DNA from: Lytechinus pictus
Taxonomy: Eukaryota
Length of the DNA stretch: 64,000 bases
Assembly (NCBI RefSeq): GCF_037042905.1
Contig: NC_087246.1
Span: 45,632,001 to 45,696,000 of the forward strand
Direction of reading: 5' to 3'
Below, one piece after another: positions 12,191 to 24,677 of this stretch (its first letter is position 1; every line of letters starts with the position of its first letter). A program made the position numbers and the translations under genes. Under the pieces are notes generated by a model. It was given only the letters and a program-made list of their open reading frames with translations, searched no databases and was not told the origin of the DNA.

Positions 12191-13277
12191 TGTTTCACAT
12201 GAGTTTGGCGCTCCTGCTCGCATCAATTGATAAGTTAGATGACCATCCTGTTCATGATTACCAAAAGTGCTTAGAAAGTCAACATTTTCGGTCAGAATAT
12301 CATAAATTTTTATCTCGCTCTTCGCGCTCGCATCAATTGTTTAGTAAGGTGACGATCCCGTTCATGGATAGATAACTGCTTAGAATGTCCAACTTTGTAT
12401 CGAAATATCAAAAATTTTCAGCTCGCGCTTCGCGTTCGCATTTAATGTTTTGTTAGATACTCGTCCTGTTCATGATTACCAAAAAATTTTACTCGAATGT
12501 CCAACTTTTATAGTCAGAATATCAAAAATTTTCACCATGCGCTTCGTGGTCTTCGATTGTGTTTTTTCACGTGATAATAAAATAAGATAATTCAACACGC
12601 ATTTTTTTGAAATGGCGCCTCCCCTCCCCCCCCCCCCCCCTATCCCGTCAGTCAAACATACGTGCCTGAAGGCACGTATGTTTGCCTGGCGGGAGGAGGG
12701 TGCCATTTTCCGAAAAAGTTCACAGGGGCGCCAAAATTAGGTCGGGGCCCCGGGGAACAAAATCCTGGATCCTGCTCCTCCCCCCTCCAAAGCAAAAAAA
12801 AAATCTGCGTACGGCCATGGTGACACAGATTTATAAAGTGCGTCTTGAAAATTAGATACCGCAAAGATCGAAAGCACACTGTGACAAAAGCGCGCATCAG
12901 CATTGGATATTATTATTTTTTATTTAAGATGTAAAGTATGCGTAATTCATACATTTCAATTAATGTGCATAAACCACTGGTTCAACGGCTTACAAAACCA
13001 CCTCTGTGAATTTGGGTTATAATTGATCAAATTGCGAGCAGCAATGCCGAGACATCGATAAATCAACTCTTCCTTATGAACTTTATTACCACCATCATTT
13101 TATTTTCTTGGTCTTGAAACGTTTTTGAGGGACGAGGGTGTGACCCCCAGCCCCCCCCCCCCGACCTTTTGTACGCCAGTGATTATGGTCACACTCATGT
13201 CACGCTATTAGAAATATTAACATAGCACACAGTTTTATTGGAATAAACCGAGATTGATTTTGCCTTCACCATAATAT

Positions 13278-13317
<40 letters not shown>

Positions 13318-13320
<3 letters not shown>

Positions 13321-14137
13321 TGCGTCCCACAAAAAACGAAACCGAGATTAAGCGATGATTTATCATAACTTAATCACAAATACAATAGACAAATGACCTA
13401 CCAATTTAAAGCTTAGAATCCCCTCTTTCATCTGATATTACTTAGATTATTTCTCATTCACGCATGAGTGAGCAAAAACAATTTGAAGAAAGGATACCAA
13501 AAACTCATTTGGCGGGGTGTATCTGAATTTCAAAAAGAAAATCACATGCCTAAAAAGTTCAAAATCTGCTCTTTTATTTGATACCTTAATCACAAAAAAA
13601 GGTCAAGAAGTAAAAAAAGTTATGTTCCCTCGAAACAATGCTTGTATTTCCATAATTTCATTAAATAAACGTGTTTTCACCGGTTTCCCACAGAAGCTGT
13701 CGCATGGTTAACAAAATACTTAATTGCATGGCTGATCGTCAACAAATCGGAGTGTCAAGTGAGTTTGGACGCTTGCCTGTAGAACCTCTTAATTTTATGA
13801 AATTATTGAAATTCAAGCCTTTTTTCAAATAACCAGAACTTTGTTATTTCTTGACCATTTTCTGTAATTGAGGTATCAAATTAAAAAGCAGATATTGAAC
13901 TTTTTAAAAATGTGGTTTCTTTTTGAAACCCAGATACAGCCCGCCAAATGACTTTTCGGTATCCCCTCTTCAAATTGTTTTTGCTCACTCATGCCTGAAT
14001 GAGAAATAATATAAGTAATTGCAGATGAAAGAGGAGATTCTAAGCTTTACTATGATAGGTCATTTGTCTATTGTATTTGTGATTAAGTTGTGATAAATCA
14101 TCGATAAACCTCGGTTTCGTTTTTTGTGTGGGACGCC

Positions 14138-14140
<3 letters not shown>
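13318..14140. mobile_element. Tc1/mariner-type MITE with ~300-bp TIRs, flanked by (TA)n
   Basis: cagtgcgtcccacaaaaaacgaaaccgag ... ctcggtttcgttttttgtgtgggacgccctg; TA runs on both sides; absent from duplicate copy 2 (~20835). Confidence 0.9.
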
Positions 14141-14227
<87 letters not shown>

Positions 14228-14585
14228 TAACAAAGAACAGCTTACCTTTTGATGCAGCACTATGTTTATAGTTTGAGGGGTTTCCTAATAATTCTTCAAA
14301 ACTTATCACCGGAAAGCTATAGCAATACATGCACCGAAATAGATGAAGTTTTAAGGCCTGAGCACACGTCGCCTTCTGGCTCAAGAGCTCAAACAAAGAT
14401 GTATTATATAAATTGATCAAAAAATCCCAATGCCCTTTTGAACAGGGGCATAACCTTCGCAGATGTAATTATGGGATTAACTTTGCAGAATATGATACCT
14501 GATTCTCAGTTGCCCCACCCACGTCCTGACTACCGTGATGCGAAAGCAAATATTATATTTACACATCGGTATCATTAATGCATCT

Positions 14586-14751
14586 CGTGTTCATGCTGAA
14601 AAGTGAATATGAATGAGCGAAAATCTAACATAATGAATCTGGGAGTATAAAAGTATCGACTGACTGATCGTGTTCATGCTGAAAAGTGAATATGAATGAG
14701 CGAAAATCTAACATAATGAATCTGGGAGTATAAAAGTATCGACTGACTGAT
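14586..14751. repeat. Perfect 83-bp tandem duplication
   Basis: cgtgttcatgctgaaaag...gactgactgat at 14586 and 14669; single copy at ~21238. Confidence 0.95.
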
Positions 14752-15682
14752 GAAACTCAATCTAGCAAAGTCGGGGAGATGCCAAAGTTACTGATTGGCA
14801 TTATGGTGAAATTAAAAAAGAGAAGAAGAATCGCTTTTTATTTGAGCTTGCTTTTAACTGAATGTTTGGTTTAGAAGTGCTGCGTCAAGATTGTGTTCTT
14901 ATATATCTCAACTTTTTAATATACCTCAACAATTTAAAAAGGTCTTTCTGTATTTTTTCTGTCTATTTATACCATTCTTTCTCCCTAAATACCTGCCACC
15001 CCTTTCTCTTTATCTCTCTCATCATCTCAATCCCTGGTTAATCCTCTATTCTCGTATACCTATACCTTTCTTATGCAAATGAACAAAATCTTGCAAGAAG
15101 GTGTAAAATGCCCTAACAGTCCGCTTACCTAAGTCTTTGATATGTTTGACAGCTTTGACGTCTTTTCGATAGTCACAGTTTTTTTAATTACGTGATGAAA
15201 TATTTACCTCTTTAATCAGCAGTCCTCATAATAATTTCTGTAATCTCGTAAACCTGTCAATCATGTATCATTAGTTCTGTATCACGCATCCACTACCATC
15301 TTCATCAATCTCTCTCATTTTCCTTACCATGTCCATGATATTTACCTCTCTATATTATAACTCCTTTCATTTCCATTTCATTCTATTCGGTTTCTTTCCT
15401 TTCTATTTCGTCATTTCCATGAAGTTACACATTTTCCAACCCTTCCCTTTCTATCTCTCTTTTTTGCTCTTCATGCCCATCTTATTTCTCCTTATCCTTT
15501 CCTATCCATACACAAACAGCGATCTTTTGTTTTTTTATCTTTGATCTTCTTGTGCAAATGCATGAGTTTATTATAATACATTTTGATTACTCTCATTTTC
15601 AAAATATCTAGAAAGCCACCATCTCTATTTTGTAAGTTGCACTTATTTATTCTCTCGAATGAGCACTACGTCAATCCAGCTA

Positions 15683-15906
15683 CAGTCGTGCTCAAAAGTT
15701 GGTGAACCCCACCACAAAATGCACTCCTTCATGCTGAGTGTTGAATGTAGACAACACTACATGTACAATGTTTGGCGAGTCCAAAGGAACAAACTTTATT
15801 GAATATAATGTTTCACCTGACTTCACAATTAAATATGTAAAATATGGCAGAACTTGAACACTTTAAACATGTTCTGGTGGGGTTCACTAATTTTTGAGCA
15901 CCACTG
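15683..15906. mobile_element. Tc1-like MITE (TA TSD), present in both duplicate copies
   Basis: ta|cagtcgtgctcaaaagttggtgaacccca ... tggggttcactaatttttgagcaccactg|ta; second copy at 24448-24677. Confidence 0.85.
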
Positions 15907-16305
15907 TATGTAATTGTTTTGTTTTATATAAGTATTCACTTCTTGGTTTGATCGGAAATTAAACTGTAAAAGTAACCAAAAACGTTCCTAAAATTCAGAA
16001 CCATCTTTCCACAAATGCACATGCAATACAAGTAATATTGAATGGATTCGTTCCTTGGGAAGAATATATTGATGTAAAGATTGAGTCGAATTTTACCCCT
16101 GGTATTAAGCATAACCAAAGACAAGCTGAACAAAACTCGGAAAAAAGTTTGACAGATGTTCGATAATGGATAATAATACACGCAGCACCCCCCGCTTCAC
16201 AGGGCCATGTGAATTATTAAACACATCGCGGCCATCCAAATATTATAGCTGGAAATGAGAAGTGGTACATGGGCTGCTCCTATCGAATCATTACCAGATG
16301 ATCTG

Positions 16306-16461
16306 GGGCCTGTTGCATAAAACTTTTTACCTGAGAAAACTCAGGTTGATTTTACCGGAGTTTTTGCCCTGTGTTAAAGTCAATGGCAAAAATCAGACTA
16401 ACCTTGGTTTTCAGTTTTTACCAGAGTTTTCTAAGGTAAAAAGGTTTTATGCAACATGCCC
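16306..16461. mobile_element. MITE with CTG TSD (PIF/Harbinger-like)
   Basis: ctg|gggcctgttgcataaaact ... ggttttatgcaacatgccc|ctg. Confidence 0.75.
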
Positions 16462-17320
16462 CTGGTTGAAAAGCAAACTTGGATTAGACCATGTGGGATG
16501 AGACCAAACCGAAAGTAGACAAAGTGGGTGAAGACAAAATGGCAAGTTACCAAAAATAATCTGATGATAAATATTCTGATGGTACATTACATTCCTTGCG
16601 TATATCAACATTTTTCAAAACGCTCTAAGTAAATGCCAATTTATAGAGTTCATGTTGCCTTTTATCAGGCCATTGGAGAAGTCACAACATATAAATAAGA
16701 AATCACAATTATGTTATTCACCAAACGTTTATCATATTCATTAACATGATTCAATTTCCTTATTTCTTTAATCCCAAACTTTTTTCATTATTTTTCCGAA
16801 AACACGATAGGCCTACCAGTCACCAAAAATACAGTGGTTGCTAAAATATATAATTGGGGTTTATAGCCAAAGCCCACCCCCATCATACGCCATCTAATAT
16901 AAGCATGCGAAAAGAAAATTGGATGCCAGACACCCCCAAAAGAAACATCAACTATTTACAAATATATGTTTAAGCTTGAAAAATGACATCCTAAGCTTTA
17001 AAATAACTTGTCAATATTGATCAACAATAAACCTAAAAGAATATCTCTTAAAAAACAAAAAAAGGAGGAAACAAGTTTTGACGTCCAGGGTACTCTCAAG
17101 CGTGAGATTTGGACACTGCAGTTCGCAAATTATAGTGTCAAAGAAATTCATTGTATCTTGTCTTTTATTCAACTTTACAACTTCAAATTTTAACAGCATG
17201 AAAAAGAAAAATCACACCCCTTTTAGGTATGCTAATTTCCTAATTTGGCGTTCTGAAGACCAATTTAGTATTTTTTGCTATATAACAGAACATTTCTTGA
17301 GAACTTATTGTTGGTTTTTG

Positions 17321-18589
17321 TTATCGTCGAAATTTCAGAATCCGTAGAATGTTTTCACGAAAAAGAGGTTGAGCCATAGCATAGGAGATCGGGTTAATAA
17401 GGCTGTTGAGGTAAGTCACCCAGCGGGAAATTTCAGCAAAGACCGGATTGTTGGACGCCACATAGATATAAATAACATTAATACTGTTGGGTAGCCAAGT
17501 AATGAAGAAGGCAGCCGTGATGAAGGTGAGTGTCCGCATGATCTTATGGTTGTCACGAGTGGAAATGGGATCTTTTCGGCTTCTTGAGAAGCCCTTTGAA
17601 CGCGATGGCATTGATGTGGCGTCGCCTTGTTTTTCTAGTTGGTTAGCTGAACTCGAGTGGACATTGTTTTGTCGAAGAACCGCGGTATCATTTAACGTAA
17701 AAGGTTGTCCTCTTGCAGAAGCTTTCCGGCTGCATATATCTTTGGCATCGTCGACTGCGTTGTCGTTTGCAATTTTGTTATTCTCATGGTTTGCCACGCA
17801 GTTCTTTGCATTTATAGTTAGTGGACATTGTATCGTCGCCACGGTATTTCCTTTCGTTTCCCTTGTTTCCTCTTTTGTCTTTAACTCAAATTTGTTTGAA
17901 AGATACTTGCTTCCCGATCCTTTTACTCGGATATAAATCTTGAGATAAAGGGTCGCGATGATGATGAATGGAATTGCCAATCTACAAACTGCAAGCGCCA
18001 CAGTAGAGTAAATGTAATTACCGTAATTAGGAGCAAAGTGGTCATTTTCATCCTTCGGTGCAGGTGGTTGGACAAAGTCCCAGATCACCGAAATTGGTAA
18101 CCAAAAGGCCATTGACACCATCCAGATAATGGCGTTGACCATGTATGCTACTCTCTTTTTCTTACGTTGGAAATGGCGAATCGGATGATACGTCGCGACG
18201 TAACGGTCCAAGCAAATAGCAATAATTCCCAAGACTGATACTCCAAGAACTATATTCTGGACACCAACAAATATGATTCCGAGGGCATCCCCAAAGATCC
18301 ATGTGTCGCTCAGGATAATTGAGCACCGAATGGCCATAACGAACCCCACTAGAAGGTCAGAGATGGTGATGTTCAGGATGTACTGGTTGGAGTAGGTACG
18401 TAACCGTTTGTCGATGTGAAACGCCCTCAGAATCAACAGGTTCATGCCGACGGTCATCACGGACAACAACAGTTGGACGCAGAAAATAATAATGGAATTA
18501 GGGGATAGGTGAAAATGCCATAGTGTAGAAGCTGGCATAGTCGTATCATCGAACCAGCCACGAGGGATGTTCGTTGTTGTTTCTTCCAT
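17321..18589 (-). CDS. Class A GPCR 3 (recent duplicate of GPCR 2)
   Basis: TM segments nearly identical to GPCR 2; the same upstream acceptor (cctttacttgcag) supports a start at MEETT (18589); ORF open to 18697. Confidence 0.93.
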   Translation of the reverse strand: MEETTTNIPRGWFDDTTMPASTLWHFHLSPNSIIIFCVQLLLSVMTVGMNLLILRAFHIDKRLRTYSNQYILNITISDLLVGFVMAIRCSIILSDTWIFGDALGIIFVGVQNIVLGVSVLGIIAICLDRYVATYHPIRHFQRKKKRVAYMVNAIIWMVSMAFWLPISVIWDFVQPPAPKDENDHFAPNYGNYIYSTVALAVCRLAIPFIIIATLYLKIYIRVKGSGSKYLSNKFELKTKEETRETKGNTVATIQCPLTINAKNCVANHENNKIANDNAVDDAKDICSRKASARGQPFTLNDTAVLRQNNVHSSSANQLEKQGDATSMPSRSKGFSRSRKDPISTRDNHKIMRTLTFITAAFFITWLPNSINVIYIYVASNNPVFAEISRWVTYLNSLINPISYAMAQPLFRENILRILKFRR

Positions 18590-19614
18590 ATCCACTTTAT
18601 TCACGAAATTCTGCAAGTAAAGGAATAACGTGAAAATGCAAGTTGAACGACTCTCAAATTTTGATACGATGGTAAAACACATGGCCGTACGCAGCAAAAT
18701 TTAGCAAAAGTATGCATGAAATCCAATAATTATTTTACTCGGTCGCCAAAAAGTTAACCCTCCTCATACGCGTATTCTGGGGGGCCCTCGGGACCCAACC
18801 CCCCGTGTAGGCGAAAAGGGGGGCGACAAAAAGAGGAAGAAAAGAGAGGGGAAAAGGGGGAGAAAAAAGGAGGGAAAGAAGAAGAGAAAAAGGGAGAAAG
18901 GAGAGGGAAGGGGGCGCCGAATGGACGTTCGACATATATAGGGGCGCCGACTTGATGTCCGACCTAGGGTGGCGCCGAATTGATTTTCGACTTTGTGGCA
19001 CCGAATTGATGTTCGACATAGAGGCGCTGAAACGAAGTTCAACCTAGGGGCGCCGAATTGAAGTTAAACCTAGGGGAGGGGTTGAATTGATGTTCTATCT
19101 AAGGGCACATAATTGCAGTTTAACATTTGGGCGCCGAATCTGTGTTGACCTAGGAGGGTAGGTCGAATTGATGTTCTATCTAGGGATGGGGTATGCCGAA
19201 TTGATGTTCAATATAGGGGCGACAATTTGATGTTTATCCTGGGGCGCCAAAGTCATGTTCAACCTAGGGAGGGGGGAGTGGCGCCAAATTCATCTTTGAC
19301 CCTTGAGACGACAATGTGATCTTTGTCCTGGGGTGGCAAATTCATGTTCAACCTAGGGAGGGGGCGCCAAACTCATATTTGACTTTTGGGGCGTGAATTT
19401 GATGTTTGTCCTAGGGCGCCGAATTCATAGTCAACCTAGGAAGGGAGGCGCCAAATTCATATTCGACCTTTCCGGCTCCAATTTGATGTCTGACCTGGGG
19501 CGCCAAATTCAAGTTTCACATGCGGGCGGGGGGGGGGGGGCAAATTGATGGCTGACCGGGGGCACCAAATTCCTGTTATACATGAGTTTGGAGCTCGCAT
19601 CAAATGCAAAATTA

Positions 19615-20047
19615 AGGCAACCGCACACCTTACGTCTGGGCCACGATTCGATTTGGGAATAAATCGCATTTTGCTGATTTTCTGAAAATGTAAATGAAAA
19701 GTATTTTTCATTTGAGGTTCGAATTGTTTGAAAGAATACTAATATAGCAATTTTGAATTATTTCAATCCTTTATTTTGGAGCAAAGGCCAAAATACAGTA
19801 GTTTCAAATCGAAGCCAATCGTACAATTGCAATGACGTCATTACGACTAAATATTAAATTCGCTTTTATTCTAGCAAGGACGATACCATAGTCACAGATT
19901 TGAACATAGGTATTCAAACGATGATTTAAAACATTACACAGTAAGTTATTCCATGTCTCAATATTAGCATCAAATTCTACTACTACCATGACTACGTTTT
20001 TATTCCAAAATCGGGTCGCAGACCAATCGTAAGGTGTGCGGTGGCCT
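19615..20047. mobile_element. PIF/Harbinger (Tourist-like) MITE, TTA TSD
   Basis: tta|aggcaaccgcacaccttacg ... cgtaaggtgtgcggtggcct|tta; empty site (single tta) at ~12235 in copy 1. Confidence 0.88.
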
Positions 20048-21541
20048 TTAGACGCCCATTTGGTTCATGATTACCAAAAGTGCTTAGAAATTCCAAATTT
20101 TTGGTCAGAATATCATAAATTTTCATCTCGCTCCTCGTGCTCGCATCAAGTGTTTAGTAAGGTGAAGATCCTAGATAACTGCTTAGAATGTCCAACTTTC
20201 GGTCGAAATATTTGTTAGATACTCATCCTGTTCATGATTACCAAAAATGCTTACTCGAATGTCCAACTTTTAGGTCAGAATATCAAACATATTCACAACG
20301 TGCTTCGTGGTCTTCAATTGTATTTTTTCACGTGATAATGAAATAAGATAATCCAACACGCATTTTTAAATGCCCCCCCCCCCTCCCGCCAGGTAAACAT
20401 ACGTGCCTTATAAGACACGTATGTTTGCCTTGCGGGGGGTGCCATTTTTCGAAAAGTTCACAGGTCGGGCTTCCGGGGAGCAAAATCCTGGATCCTGCTC
20501 CTTCCCCCTCCAAAGCAAAAATTAATTCTGCGTACGGCCATGGTGACACAGATTTATAAAGTGCCTCTTGAAAATTAGATAACGCAAAGATCGAAAGCAC
20601 ACTGTGACAAAAGCGCGCATCAGCATTGGATATTTTTTTTTTATTTAAGATGTAAAGTATGCGTAATTCATACATTTCAATAAATGTGCATAAACCACTG
20701 GTTCAACGGTTTACAAAACCACCTCTGTGAATTTGGGTTATTATTGATCAAAATGCGAGCGGCAACGTCAAAACATCGATAACATAACATAAAACACAAT
20801 TTTATTGGAATAAACCGATATGAATTTTGCCTTGAACAAATAAATAACAGCTTACCTTTTGATGCAGCACTATATTGTTTATATTTCGGGGGTTTCCTAT
20901 TAATGCTTTAAAACTTCTCGCCGGAAAGCTATATAGCAATACATGCGCCGAAATAGATGAAGTTTTAAGACCAGCACACGTTGACTCAGCTTCTGGCTCG
21001 AGAGCTGAAACAGAGGTATTATATACTAGTTATTCGTCGAAAAGTCGCAATGCCTTTTTGAAAAGGGGCATAACCTTTGCGGATATGATTAGGCGATTAA
21101 CTTTGCAGAATATGATATCTGATTGTAATGTCCCCCACCCTCATTCCCGACTACCATGATTTTGTGCGAAGGCAAATATTCTATCAAGGAGCTTCCAACA
21201 CTGATTCTATTGACACATCGCTATCATTAGCGCATCTCGTTTTCATGCTGAAAAGTGAACATGAATGAGCAAAAATCTAACATAATGAATCTGGGAGTAT
21301 AAAAGTATTAAATGACTGATGAAACTCAATCTAGCGAAGTCGGGGAGTTATTGATTGGCATTATGGTGAAATTAAAAATGGAAGAAGAATCGCTTTTTTA
21401 ATTGAGCTTGCTTTTATTAAACTGACTGTTTGGTTTAGAAGTGCTGCGTCAAGATTGTGCTCTTATACATCTCAAGTTTTTAATAAACCTAAACAATTTT
21501 TATATGGTCTATCCGTGTTTTAATTTTGTGTGTGTATATTT

Positions 21542-21579
<38 letters not shown>

Positions 21580-21598
21580 TCCTTTCTATCTAAATACA

Positions 21599-21866
21599 TA
21601 GTCTGCTGGGCAAACCCTTCACTCGAGTAAAGGGTCTGAATTGCAGCCTACTCACTAGCGTACCTACGGGGGGGGGGGGGCAGGGGGGCAGTCTGCCCCC
21701 CCTGACGAGCCACAACCCATGCAAAGGACGTATCCCTGCCCCCCCCCCTGACGAGCTTGAAGACCTTTTTATTTATTTTTTATTTATTTCTTTTTTATTA
21801 TTTTTTTTTTTGCTTGTCAAATTTTTTTCTGGAACAAATGCCTTTATTTGTGATTTAAGTTGAAGA

Positions 21867-21900
<34 letters not shown>

Positions 21901-22173
21901 TGTCAAATTTTTTTCTGGTACAAAAGCCTTTATTTGTGATTGAAGAACTTTTTTTTTTTTTTTTTTTTTTTTTTTGGGGGGGGGCTTGTCATATTTTTTG
22001 GCGGACGGTTTTGCCACCCCTGTGGAAAATCCTAGGTACGCCACTGAGCCTACTCATGCCTTGTGTACTGAAGGCCCTCTCGCTCAGGAACAGCAAGTTT
22101 TGTATGTGCTAGTCTTTGCGTGGTGGCACACTTGTTGATCAAAGTTCCAATCAGGGTCTGTGCCTGCAGACTA
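21599..22173. mobile_element. TAG...CTA MITE with 9-bp TSD (AcademH-like?), with a nested hAT-like MITE
   Basis: ctaaataca|tagtctgctgggcaaaccct ... agggtctgtgcctgcagacta|ctaaatacc; empty site ctaaatacc at ~14985. Confidence 0.75.
21653..22046. mobile_element. hAT-like MITE (same family as 4502)
   Basis: TIRs cactagcgtacc / ggtacgccactg; 8-bp TSD agcctact. Confidence 0.85.
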
Positions 22174-22616
22174 CTAAATACCTGTCACCTCTTTCTCCTC
22201 TCATCTCAATCTGTATCCTCGTATCCCTGTATTTTTCTTATGCCAATTAACAAAATCTTTCTCGTACCATGCCCAAGGTGTAAATTGTCCTAACAGTTCG
22301 CTAAACCCAGTCATTATGTTTGATAGATTTGACGTCTTTTCGATAGTGACAGTTTTTTTATCACGTGATGAAATATAAATCTCTTCAATCAGCAGTCCTC
22401 ATTATAATTTATGTAATCTCGTAAACATGTCAATCATGTATCATTCGTTCTTTATCACTCATACACTACCATCTTCATCAATCTCTCTCATTTTCCTTAC
22501 CATGTCCATTATATTTACCTCTCTATAATATAACTCCTTTCATTTCAATTTCATTCTATTCGGTTTCTTTCCCTTCTATTTCGTCATTTCCATGAGGTTA
22601 CACATTTTCCCAACCC

Positions 22617-24197
22617 CAGCGGCGTAACAGGGGTCGGTGGCCAGAGAGGGAGGGGGTGGGGGGCAAGAGCCAAAGATTACCCGGTAATATCATGGTATGA
22701 ACAGGCGTAATCAAATGAGGAGGCGACTATTTTGAGATGGCCAGATATTGCGTATATCGGGCAGAATTTATATTTTTTTAAAAGTTGCGAGCGAGCAATA
22801 ATTTTGACATTTCTAATACAAAAATTAAATTTTGTGATAGATTTTGACATGATATCCGAAGAATAATATATTTCACTCTTCTCTCTTTGCATTCTTTTTT
22901 GTGGTCTGTACGCCACTGTGAACAGGATTCTTTGCGGCAGTATAGCGTGAAGAGTAAAAAGAAAAAACCAGGGGCACAGTATAGCACATGTGCTAAAAAA
23001 CTGCTTTATATAAGTCCCGAGCGAGCGAAGCGATCGAGAAAAAAAAACCTTTCATGAAAATCTAACTTTGAGCTATTTTTTGAAATTATATTCAGAAAAT
23101 AAAATCATATTCTACACTTTTCCTTTGCTTTCCCTTCCTCCTTTTTTTGTTCTTCTTTGTGGAACTTTTGGGGGCCTTGGCCCAACACTTCCATACGCAG
23201 TGCTGTGCGGTTGGGGTCCGGGGCGGAGCCCCCGGAACTTCTCGATATCAAAGCCATTTAAACCTCGCAGATTGCCGCTATTTTAATCAAATCGCGGGCA
23301 TATACAGAATATAGCTTTTACACAACACATTTTTAAAACCCAGTTGCGTAATGAAGCAAATATTTTGAGGGGGCAAAACATAGCAATGTGGGGTAAAAAG
23401 CGAGCTCGAAAAAAAATTGCCTATTGAAATTAAATTCTAATTATGTAATAGATTTTTCCATTATATTCAGCAAAGAACACATTTCATTGTTTCCATTCAT
23501 TTCATTATACGTTGTCTCCTATAATTTCTTTTATTCCTCTTGGGTGTGGAACCAAGACCCCCCCCCCCCCCCGCCTGTATGCCAGTGATTGAACGTGATT
23601 GAACGGGGGCGTTATAGAGCCATTTGAAGGTTAAAAATGAAGAGCCCCTACTGCATGCGTGGGGTCTGGGGCAAAGCCCCGGTAGCTTATTTGCATAAAA
23701 CTTAGCAAGCTTATAGCACAATGTTGTATGCAGTCCATCTTTCTTCCCGCTCTTTAATTTCAATCATCGGCAGCCCGGTCGTTTTATTATTTTTTTCTTG
23801 TCCCTTTTCTTTGTTTTCCAAATTAGCTTTTGACTAATTACATTCTACCTTCGTTTCCCGCTATTGTTTGCCATTTTGTTATCTTTTAATCAATTTGTCA
23901 CTTTGCTATTGCATTACATAGGCCTATTTCGGAATGATTTGTTCTTTCTCAAATGTTCTTCTTTCGTACATGATTTTCCCGCTTTCCTTCCCTTTCCATT
24001 AAAAAAAAAGTTTTTTCTTCGTTTTCTTTTCACTTTTCCATTTCCCTTTCCTTTTCCTCCTTTTCTTTTCCCCTTTGCTTCCCCTTTCCCTTTCTTTCTC
24101 CCTCCTTTTTTTCTTGTTCCCGTTTTTCTTTTATTTTCCCGGTGAAATCCGCCAGGGGGGCAACTTGCCCCCCTGCCCCCCGCCTGTTACGCCACTG
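22617..24197. mobile_element. 1.58-kb non-autonomous hAT-like element
   Basis: cccaaccc|cagcggcgtaacagg ... cctgttacgccactg|cccaaccc; empty site at ~15436; inverted relative at 33155-34645. Confidence 0.88.
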
Positions 24198-24447
24198 CCC
24201 AACCCCTCTCTTTTTATCTCTCTTTTCGCTCTTCATGCTCATCTTATTTCTTCTTATCCTTTCCTATCCATACACAAACAGCGATCCTTTGTTTTTTGAC
24301 GAGCTTTGATCTTCTTGTACAAATGCATGAGTTTATTAGAATACATTTTAATTACTCTCATTTTCAAAATATCTAGAAAGCCACCATCTCTATTTTGTTT
24401 GTTGCACTTATTTATTCTCTCGAATGAGCACTACGTCAATCCAGCTA

Positions 24448-24677
24448 CAGTCGTGCTCAAAAGTTGGTGAACCCCAACACAAAATGCACTCCTTCATGCT
24501 GAGTGTTGAATGTAGACAACACTACATATACAGTGTTTGGCGAGTCCAGAGGAACAAACTTTATTGAATGTAATATTTCACCTGACTTCACAATTAAATA
24601 TGTAAAATATGGCAGAACTTGAACACTTTAAACATATTCATGTTCTGGTGGGGTTCACTAATTTTTTAGCACCACTG
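24448..24677. mobile_element. Tc1-like MITE (duplicate of 15683-15906)
   Basis: Same TIRs and TA flanks. Confidence 0.85.

Larger units (their letters stand above)
9119..16162. repeat. Tandem segmental duplication, copy 1 (contains GPCR 2)
   Basis: Colinear with 16818-24947 from gtca(t/c)caaaaatacagtggttgctaaaa to gacagatgttcg. Confidence 0.92.

Noticed and set aside
14040-14420. (YI)n ORFs
   Set aside because: (TA)n microsatellite translation
17487-17936. 149-aa antisense ORF (and 9842-10054)
   Set aside because: Shadow of the GPCR coding strand; not conserved in length between the duplicates
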